Assembly (NCBI RefSeq): GCF_000150275.1
Contig: NW_002060977.1
Coordinates: 253,235-317,234 of the forward strand
Origin: Trichoplax adhaerens
Lineage: Eukaryota; Animalia; Placozoa
DNA length: 64,000 nt
Reading direction: 5' to 3'
In this document: in pieces, positions 55,701 through 64,000 of the stretch
Numbering within the stretch: position 1 is the first letter of the stretch
Layout: each line of letters opens with the position of its first letter
Notes under the pieces: model-generated
The model's database searches: none
What the model saw: the letters and a program-made list of their open reading frames with translations, nothing else
Told to the model about the DNA's origin: nothing
Position numbers and translations under genes: made by a program

Positions 55701-57105
55701 TATAGATGCAAATACTACTTAAAGTATATAAGCTGGCAACCAGAGTTATTCTAGAAGTTTTTTCTACTAGCTTTTACTAGTTGTATTCAGCTAGATTAGA
55801 ACTGCACAGACATTATATTTGTATAAGATCTAATAAAGTTCTAATTTTCTACAATTTTTGGATATTTTCGATCGGTTGTATCATAATAAATTACTCACAT
55901 CAACAAGTAAAATAATCAGAATAATTAATTATAGAAGTCGATACTTAATTCTATTAATTTATTTTCATAGATTTTCTACAAGAGAATATTTATGCTGTAT
56001 TGTACCTCCTACAGTTTCATACTGTACCCCTTACATTGAACAAGATGCTTTTACGACTTGTTCAGATATCTTATCCCATCAATCTCTTCAGTTGTTTGTG
56101 TGGGTAGTTGGATCATTAGCATTAGTTGGCAACGCAATAGTTATCTATTTTCAAATGTTTAAAGTCAAGAAGAGTTCTGAACCTGTTCCAGCGATGCTTA
56201 TTACCAATCTAGCATTTTCTGATCTAATGATGGCCGGCTATATTTTAATTATTGGCAGCGTAGATTTATTTTACCGCAATTATTACGCCGTTAACGCTGA
56301 AATCTGGTTACGCAGTTTCACATGTATCCTTGCTTGTTTTCTGTGCTGTACAGCAAGTTTAATGTCAGTATTTATGATGATTACAATCAGCATTGATAGA
56401 TATATTTACATCGCATTCCCATATTCAAACAAGAATCTTTCGCCAAGCCTAACCAAATGGATCATTACTATACTCTGGATATTTAGCATCGTATTTGTCA
56501 GTATACCAGTTGGTTATAGTATTAATGCAAATGGCGATATGAGACTATACGAATATACGAGTATCTGCATGGCAAGCAACTATAACAATTACTATTATCG
56601 TATATGGCTCATTTCCTACGTGGTAATCACGTTAATTTGCTGGTTAATCACCTGCTTTCTTTATGTGCACATGTTTATCGCAATTTATAAAACCTCTAAA
56701 GCTGTTTCAGCAGTTTCTCATAATAATAGTAAACGAATTGCAATTAGATTATTCGCTATTGTTATCACTGATTTAATATCGTGGTTACCATATTACGTTT
56801 ATATGGCTCAGATTATGGTTAAGCCAACCATTGCTGGCAGTGTTGTCTTGCAATTTGCGATTGTATTAGCATTGCCTATTAATTCTGCAATTAATCCATA
56901 TTTATACACCGTCAGCAGCCCAACATTTATAAGATCGGCTAAACATCGCATCATAAAATGGGGTTGTGTAACAAGAATAGTTCCAAATAATACTAAAGAA
57001 ATAGAAATTGGAATTAATAAAGACGAAAATATTGGATTGCGAACATTTAGCAGCAAGTCTAACGACAATATTACAGCTTCCACTAAAGATTGTTTAAGCA
57101 AGTAG
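28751..57105 (+). CDS. LRR-containing GPCR (LGR, RXFP/GRL101 type-C-like), paralog 2; about 42 LRR exons + 7TM, about 1,480 aa
   Basis: Exons by eye: 28751-28874, 30183-30248, 31094-31165, 32897-32971, 33094-33177, 33341-33412, 34116-34187, 34263-34334, 36700-36771, 36885-36956, 37132-37203, 37943-38014, 38110-38181, 38325-38396, 38866-38934, 39042-39122, 39312-39383, 40279-40350, 40440-40511, 40730-40801, 41205-41276, 41384-41455, 41589-41654, 42753-42824, 42950-43030, 45254-45325, 48351-48416, 48696-48767, 49184-49255, 49380-49451, 49611-49682, 49878-49949, 50126-50197, 51074-51148, 51358-51444, 51532-51606, 51734-51853, 52042-52116, 52853-52930, 53030-53101, 53252-53329, 53585-53656, 54924-54995, 55971-57105. 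All are open in frame (e.g. NITGNRIANIDADAFHPLQKLKIL, DLSGNRLTKIDKKLFYGLNSLKYL). The first 3-5 exons are less certain. Confidence 0.9.
32095..32735 (-). mobile_element. Probable solo-LTR-like element (D-related)
   Basis: TGTCAC...GTGACA termini and a minus-strand TATAAAAGACCGAGCG similar to the element at 1518-2447; no clear TSD. Confidence 0.55.
34532..34974 (+). mobile_element. Family C solo-LTR-like element
   Basis: TGTCAC...GTGACA, TSD CTATA/CTATA; TATATAAG then AATAAA. Confidence 0.9.
35914..36542 (-). mobile_element. Family B solo-LTR-like element
   Basis: TGTCACA...TGTCACA, TSD CGAAT/CGAAT. Confidence 0.92.
37316..37886 (+). mobile_element. Old family A element
   Basis: Diverged match (GTAACTTAGTATT...TATATCACA). 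Confidence 0.7.
41684..42630 (+). mobile_element. Old family A element with an insertion of about 390 bp (about 41918-42304)
   Basis: TGTAACGTAACTTA...TATATCACA; homology to family A breaks and resumes around the insert. Confidence 0.72.
44523..45072 (-). mobile_element. Family A solo-LTR-like element (young)
   Basis: TGTGATATA...CATTACA; 4-bp duplication TGCC/TGCC; nearly identical to 52216-52765. Confidence 0.92.
45652..46823. mobile_element. Family H element with nested family A
   Basis: TGTTACG...CGTGACA, flanks ATCTG/GTCTG; a related 5' end occurs at about 50448. Confidence 0.75.
46249..46799 (+). mobile_element. Family A solo-LTR-like element nested in H
   Basis: TSD GTCAC/GTCAC; TATAAAAG near 46638, AATAAA near 46746. 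Confidence 0.9.
47002..47375 (+). mobile_element. Family C-related element, 5' part; right end undefined
   Basis: Starts TGTCACGGTACGAGCTACCGTGAAGA like family C; homology continues to GAAGGGTATAACAGCTC, then is lost. Confidence 0.65.
50448..50860. mobile_element. Diverged family H-related element
   Basis: TGTTAAGAGC...CCTAACTTGCAACAAAGATTGAGAG matches the start of 45652; right end uncertain. Confidence 0.45.
52216..52765 (+). mobile_element. Family A solo-LTR-like element (young)
   Basis: TGTAATG...TATCACA, TSD GCGTA/GCGTA; TATAAAAG near 52606 and AATAAA near 52712. Confidence 0.93.
53838..54897 (-). mobile_element. Family E element with nested family F
   Basis: Homologous to 15598-16149; flanks CGGCT/CAGTT (degenerate). 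Confidence 0.8.
54320..54812 (+). mobile_element. Family F solo-LTR-like element nested in E
   Basis: TGTAGTG...CATCACA, flanks TCTAG/TCTAA, TATAAATA near 54536, AATAAA at 54731. Confidence 0.75.
55326..55885 (+). mobile_element. Old family A element
   Basis: TGTAATGTAACTTATT...GTATCATA; diverged. Confidence 0.75.
55971..57105 (+). CDS. Terminal exon of LGR paralog 2: hinge + 7TM + C-tail
   Basis: Acceptor CATAG at 55970. Reads FSTREYLCCIVPPTVSYCTPYIEQDAFTTCSDILSH, with IDRY, TDLISWLPY and LPINSAINPYLY. The ORF-track N-terminus (55858-55970) is intronic. Confidence 0.95.
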
Positions 57106-57223
57106 AATCTTCATACACATGCATATTTATCACCTTCTGTAAAATGGTCTATAATATGCATAAAATGCAAAGTAATGATGGTTACCATGTAAGCTGTACG
57201 AAATAGCCGTAATATGCAAGAAA

Positions 57224-57229
57224 AATAAA
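57224..57229 (+). promoter_or_regulatory. Candidate polyadenylation signal of LGR paralog 2
   Basis: AATAAA about 120 nt after the stop codon. Confidence 0.35.
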
Positions 57230-57594
57230 TAGTTAGATTTAGAAAGTAACTAACAATAATTCAATTAGTTTTGATTTATTGACTCACTGCATGCACGCGT
57301 ACGGTTTTCACTATCACCTTGTAAAACAAGCATTAATTTTAGAAGTTTTGAGTTAAAGCATCATGGTATGATATTAAGTAACCTGTAATAGGCTGAGCTC
57401 ACCCACAACAGGCGTAATTTTAAATCATTTTATTGCGAAGTTTAGTCTTAACATCGGTAGTGCAGCTAATAAGCTAAAGACTAAGATTATGGGATTGTAC
57501 GGAAATAGATAAAACGTACGCTAGATTGTAAGATTGTGTAAGTGTCTAACAGTTCGTATAGAAGTAATTCTGTTAAGACGCTGACATTAGTATA

Positions 57595-58132
57595 TGTCAC
57601 AAATTCAACTTTGTGAGCGGTCCTTAAGACTAATACGACAGTTGTTTATCTCCAACTAACTTAGGTGATCTACTGATGGTAGACTAACTACTTCCACAGT
57701 AATACAACCTTTAGATCAGCTTAGGGTTTACTTATTTTATTATAAGTAATTTAGAATAGTAAGGGATATTCAACTTATTACCGCGTAACTAGTGAAACTT
57801 CTCTACTCTTCCAACTCTTCCTACTGCTGAACTCGAGCTACACTCTCGCTTATATAATGCTCGATTGTAATCGAACGTAACAATAACAAAAAAAACTTCG
57901 ATACCACATTACACATGATTACGACTAAGCGATTTGTATGAGATTATTCTAGTAAGTCATAGTAATCAATATTAAATATTACCGAAAATGTTAAGTCATA
58001 CAATACAATACTGTTATCACAACAAGTTCATATACCAACAATAATTTATAAACAACAATATCTTAATAAAAGGTGAGAGCCCTACTTCTAATAAATAACA
58101 AATATATGAGGACGAAATATTACTTCGTCACA
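57595..58132 (-). mobile_element. Family D-related solo-LTR-like element
   Basis: TGTCACA...GTCACA, TSD GTATA/GTATA; left part resembles the reverse complement of 20870-20971. Confidence 0.8.
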
Positions 58133-59493
58133 GTATACTATAATACTGAAACTCTGTCAGCAACAATACTTTCTTAAACTTTATAATTTTGACAATGTAG
58201 TACTGTAACAAGTTCTTAAAGGCATCTAAACAAACCATTCAATAACCTATTACCTTCAGATTAATTTAAATAATCTGCTCTGCCTATTTATCAAAATAAT
58301 TAACATGTGCCACAAACTTGTCTTTGTGATCGACTAAACTATTTTACTAGCTACTTAAAGAACTCCTACTAACTAAGGAGATAAAGTAATACTATGAATT
58401 AGACCATCTACTGTCTCACAAGTACTATAAGCGGCTAGAAGTTTGTTTAGCTTTTTAAGAGTCTTTTGTAATGAAATGAAAGCTGTAGAGATCAAGCAAC
58501 AAAACTTTAACAAACTTTGATTCTACTTTCGTTGCACTCCGGTCGACTTAACGAAACTTTGACACCAAATAAAATTTTGGGAAATAATCGAACAACAATT
58601 TATTTCTAAACAAAAATGGAGAGATGTATAAACCGAACAACATTACAAATACTTAACTTTAAGTATTAATAAAATGAGTGACAGACTTAAAAACTGTTAA
58701 CGACCAAACAGCCTTTCAAAAAGAAGAACGTTTTAACTTACGACAATTCGACCCCGAAGCCATTCAAATTCAACAAGTTCTTCAAAAGAATCTTCTTCTA
58801 CTCTCTCTCTAAATTTTCTAATTGCACTATCATTTATAGGCTTCGTAGAGCCGTCAGAGGTTTTTAAAACTAAACATTTGCTAATCAATCGCTCTTAAGA
58901 TCCGTTTTAGAAAACTACTTTTCTGACATTAGTATCGCTGAGTATTGACAGTTGATGTTTTAGCATCAGGTTGTACGGTAACTGTACGATTATAGACAAC
59001 ATTACATTACTTTACCGTCATGTTATAAATCCCCTTTCTCTAAGGATAAGGTTTTGTTACTAAGTCAAATTCCTTTACAATTTGAATAGACGATCAAACG
59101 CCCTTTCTTTAGATTAGGCAATTGCTTTCGGGCTACTTCTATAGTAATCTATATAATACTTTGTAAAATAATGAAGAAGAAAAGATGGCGACATTATGAT
59201 TTGACAGGGTAAAACTTAAAGAGACTATCACTTTCTAGGTATTTTCTATAGTAAAATAATACTAGTTACATACTAAAAGCTACAAATAGCTCATATACAT
59301 TTACCTTAAAGTAATGGGGCATTGTTGAAATATGCCGTTTGTACAATTTTACTTACATTAGTATTAGAATTAGAGATAAGTTTATAATATAATACGCTAT
59401 AGAATCTAACATTAAACAACCTTAATTAATATAAATCAATTAACGATCAATTAAGACCTAGAGAATTAGCACCACAAAATCATCTAAGAGACC

Positions 59494-60062
59494 TGTCACG
59501 GTACGAACCACCGTGAAGAGTAAATGACTAAATTTAGTGTTTAACATTTATAAATGGAGATAAATAATAATGACTTACAGTAAGAACCATAGTAGTTTTT
59601 ATTTTGTTACAGTAAATTATGCTTTATTGTAGTAAAACTTCTCATAAGGTAACTAATATTAATTGATGATAGTGTTATGTCTTGTGACGCTTGTGATGAA
59701 TATCCTGAAGATATTCAATTATAGATGATACTATAATTAGTTATGTGTGTGGACACACTGTAGTCTAATTATCTAGAATCGTTCAGTAAAAGTTCAAATT
59801 TATGAATAATGTCTGTATTAATTTTGCTATCCAATATGAGCTAAATTTCGTGAACTGTTATGACTCATACATGATAACTGCTGCCGAAGGGTATTCAAGC
59901 TCGGCAGATAGTTGAATGAAATAAGAGTTTCATAGTTGTTTTAACGTAGAAGCAAAGACATCTAAATTCTTGTGAGGTAGTTAAGGGATACTGAATCCCG
60001 GAGACTACAGTAATTTAGAGATTTGTTTTACGTTATCTTTGTCACGAAGTTGGTTTGTGACA
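59494..60062 (+). mobile_element. Family C element, long variant
   Basis: TGTCAC...GTGACA, TSD AGACC/AGACC; ends match family C, the middle is longer. Confidence 0.88.
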
Positions 60063-60211
60063 AGACCCAAATTAATAATTACTCAATAATAAGTAAGGTT
60101 GGTGCTAAATCAAATAGCATAAACATAATCATGTCATATTCCATAATCACTCCCAACTAGAAATTAATTTACACTTAACAAGAATTAACATCGTGACAAC
60201 ATATATAACAT

Positions 60212-60760
60212 TGTCACAATTTCACTTCTACGATAAGGTAACGTACAGTAAATGTCTATAAGTAGCTACTGACTTAAACGCCGTTTTACTTAACGTTAAA
60301 CTCATACAGCAAAAACTGTAAAGATGAAGCTATTAGCAAAGATACATCTACAACTTTTTACCACACCACTCAACTCAAACGTTCCCGTTTTATATAGGAA
60401 CCGTCTAATTTGTAAACAACAACAGTATTATTATTATACCTTACTAGGAGAATCATCTCGAACTGAGATATTCCTTACAAAGCTCTTCTATCAGTAAATA
60501 TTTTGAATCTCTTACTCATACTTAATTTTAATCTAAGCTCGTAGGTTGTCTAATTCAACTATCATCCACTAGAACTTCAATCACCTTACTGCTATCTATC
60601 ACACAATAACAATCATTATCAAATATGTAATGAACTATTACAAACAACATCCAAGTTAAGGCATTACTTAACTTACCTAGCACTACAAATATGGATATTC
60701 TCTATACTATCTACTACTATAATTACTATATTATCCTAACGACAAGACAACACCGTAACA
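60212..60760 (-). mobile_element. Family E solo-LTR-like element
   Basis: TGTCACA...CGTAACA, flanks AACAT/AACAA. Confidence 0.85.
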
Positions 60761-60906
60761 AACAAGTATGTAATTAATCGCAAAAAGTTTAAACGTAAAT
60801 CACGTACATTAAAATTTCTATACAAGATGTGTTATAAAACTAACAAAAATTATAAAATACGTCGCAGTTTGCTATACCTTATTACATGAACCATCCTTTA
60901 GGAGGC

Positions 60907-61310
60907 TGTGACAGTATTAGATACTGTATTAGAGTAGAAATATCTGTGTTAAGATAATTTGGTTAGCCTATCCTTATTTAGTTAACTTCTAATTTGAATA
61001 TACTGTGTTTTAATATAGCACTGGCTTTTTATGACGATGACATACATACATATACTGGAATTAGTAGTTATATTAACTATTACTCATAAAGTATTGAGGA
61101 GGAGTATATAAATGCAGTAAATCGTGTAATAAAATAAATTCTTAAACTTAGTGTTTAGCGTAAATAGCGAGGCGTCTAAGTCTTCGTGTAGTCTGCTAGT
61201 AGAGCAAAAGTGTTCCTGATAGTGCAGATATCGTTCCTTGATGCATAGTTCAAGGAATTAATTCATTGATCGTACGTTACGTTATCTTGTTGCAAAGCTT
61301 TTTTTTGCTA
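60907..61310 (+). mobile_element. Family B element, internally deleted
   Basis: Matches 14837-15465 minus about 220 bp; TSD GAGGC/GAGGC. Confidence 0.85.
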
Positions 61311-63814
61311 GAGGCCAAAAGATGAACGTTTTTAACATATTCGCGTAACGACCGAGTAATAATAGTCTCTTGCTGTTATTGTTCGTTTGCATACGTTATT
61401 CAAAATTTTAGTTTACAGAAATTGAGTGATTCTCTAAAATGCGACACACGAAGGTCAACACCGAAAAAATGGCCTTGAATAATAAGGTTTATTGATACGG
61501 CAGTGTATCGAAGAAGATTCCAAATTCTTCTCCTCATAAGAACAGTCGAAACGACTACGATAAATATAATACCACTTGAACAAATTTACAATCAAATTAC
61601 TTCTATACAAACTAATAAATGCTTCCATTCTATAGCAGACACAAAAATTCGCGAATGTAAAAGCTCGGTTTAACACCTGGCAGAAATAAACAGGATGATT
61701 ATACTGTAACTCTTATATTGAAGAAAGTCTGTATAATCCTATATTTGGCTATCAGATACGACCTTAATAGGAGAATCACAGTCTAGTCGGCGGAAATTAA
61801 CGATTTGCAAATGATATGCAAACGACGCATCGCGCGACGCTCGTCGCCGGTCGCTGGGTTTTCATCGCTCGTGTGAAAGTTTATACTAGAAACAGTGCAA
61901 GTGCGCCATCTCATCTTATTAGCCACCCTACTGTACTGCTACAACTAGCTGAAATCATTTTAATTAGTTATCATGGTAAAATCTTAATTTACGTAATTTC
62001 ATTAATTGCTATAGCCGAGGATAGGTGCTTGCTTTCATCAGCATCTAAATTTACCAAACCTACTTCTATTTATCATCTTACATGAAGTAATAATGACAAA
62101 GTGTATACTATATAAGAAACAAGCAATCACTTTAAAAAACTCCCCATAGACCAAGGGGAAAACCCTACTTTATTTAAACTTTAGCAAATATCTTATAAAA
62201 TCAATTAAAAAATATAACAAGGGCAGAATTGCTGCTTCAGCCAATCATACTATCAAGAAAATTTTTCACGGTATCTTGAGCTCCTTAATACTTCCTAACT
62301 GGAACAAAAACTTAAACTGCTTTTCTATAGAACCATGCCACCTTTTATATGCTACACAGAGCAGTTAGCGATCGTAGGCTATCATATCACCATTATAAAG
62401 CATTCCAAATAAAAATAGCAATTAAACAAATACGATCAGATAAATTGTACCATAGATTTCCGATATTAACAAATCTAAAAATTGTACTTTCAAGTGTATA
62501 TGTTTTGCATATATAATACATAACCACAAATTAGACGAAGACAGAACAGTCTTAACTTAGAACCCACATCAAAACGTTTGGGTTTACACTGCATTCAATA
62601 AAATAGTAATATGACTTTTACTTCATTTCGTTATCAAATTAGTCATAACGTTTCATCATCACTAAAGTATGAGTATTATACTGACTAAATATATCAAATA
62701 AATTACAATCTAAAATCGTGTAATTCTTATCAAAAATTATGCCACCTACTATTCTCAAGTTCTAAACCGAATAAAGAAGTCAAGTTTACAATATGTTATG
62801 ATTCTAAATTAAATTTACTGCAATTTAGCCAAACTAAGTTATTTTTAAATCTACAATATTTATTAAAATAATATACTGTAAAGCTTGAAGAAGAATGCTA
62901 AAATTAATCTTCGTTACGTTAATGATAGGTTTTCGTCATCAATTAAAAATCTTAGTCTTAGGTTAAATTGACCAATTGTCCGCATTTTCCTACTCACCCA
63001 CAAATTGGTACATAAAATTTATGCATTATGATACAATTGCTTGAACATTATAGAAAGACAAAGCATCCTAACACACAATCTTACGGTGCTTTTTAATAGA
63101 AAAAAAACAACATAGCGATGTGAAAAAATGAAAAAGTAAATGGCAAAGAACGCAACAAGATAATTAAAAGAGAAAATATAACTTTATTTACGTAAAGGTA
63201 CACATGATGGACTTGGCTTCAATCCGTTGTAACAATTATATTATCAAATTATAATCAAAGTATAAAATTCTAATGTAATTTTTAATCATATGAATGCTTA
63301 ATAAAAATATTCTCCTTTTCATATTAGTAATTTTACAACAACTAGAATAGTTCATAAGACATTTTTATAATTAATTACAGTAATTAATTTTTTCAGTTCC
63401 GTATCAATTATTCCGCCAGGGAGTAAATTACAGAAACGTGAGTATTATAGATTACTTTCTTAATAAATTTAATGTATGCTTACGTATTAGTGATATTTTC
63501 GATCTTATTAACTGAAGCTTCAGTGAATGATGTAAATTGTTGTATAAACAATTCTAAACTTAGGAATCAGTAGCCTGAAATATTAGTTTTGAATTATTTT
63601 AATTATGGTCTATCAATCGGCTCGATGATCTTAGAAAGTGAAAATATCCAACTTCCAATTTTAGATAATGGTTATGAATTTGTGATACTTGTTATGCACT
63701 GAAACTGATATACCAGCTTGTATATTTCTGATGACTAATAAAAATTCTTTCAACATTTCCACGTTTCTCACGCACAATATCTTGTCCTTCCGTTGTATTT
63801 TTCTTACGTACATT

Positions 63815-64000
63815 TGTTACGGTGTTAAATACTATATTACAGTAGAAATAACTATGTTAGGATAATTCTGTTAGACTATCCTTGTTTAGTTAACTTCTAA
63901 TTTGGATATACTGTGTTTTAATATAGCACTGACTTTTTATGACAGTGACACTTATACACATACTGAAATTAATAGTTATAATAGGGAATGCAAATCATCT
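63815..64000 (+). mobile_element. Family B element, truncated by the window end
   Basis: Nearly identical to 14837-15022. Confidence 0.9.

Noticed and set aside
55858-55970. N-terminal extension of the 415-aa ORF
   Set aside because: Intronic. It begins in an old family A element, and homology to paralog 1 starts exactly at the AG acceptor at 55970.
56808-57101. 97-aa antisense ORF
   Set aside because: Shadow ORF on the opposite strand of the 7TM exon.
58308-59020. Possible additional degenerate LTR-like element (similar hints near 6305, 10030 and 39394)
   Set aside because: Termini and TSDs could not be defined by eye.
1-64000. CRISPR arrays, tRNA/rRNA genes, transposase or reverse-transcriptase ORFs
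   Set aside because: None seen. The periodicity in the window comes from LRR exons and dispersed repeats in eukaryotic DNA.

Overview
AT-rich, intron-rich eukaryotic (animal) genomic DNA; composition and gene style resemble placozoan (Trichoplax-like) DNA, but that taxonomic call is inference. The window holds two tandem, same-strand (+) paralogous leucine-rich-repeat G-protein-coupled receptor genes (LGR; RXFP/GRL101 type-C-like hinge and 7TM). The ORF track shows only their last (7TM) exons. Reading splice sites by eye recovers the ectodomains as long runs of mostly 66-87 bp one-LRR-per-exon cassettes, all phase 2-2. Gene 1 (<1..17766) has 27 exons in view and is 5'-truncated by the window. 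Gene 2 (about 25956/28751..57105) has 44-45 exons, about 42 LRR cassettes and about 1,480 aa. The last 27 exons of the two genes correspond one-to-one. Introns and intergenic DNA carry roughly 30 non-coding elements, mostly 0.3-0.65 kb, from at least 7 families. Most have TG...CA termini, many have an internal TATA followed by AATAAA, and many have 5-bp target-site duplications (solo-LTR-like). Several are nested in one another, and none carries an internal gag/pol region. All small ORFs in the track are judged spurious. Coordinates were counted by eye and may be off by a few bases.
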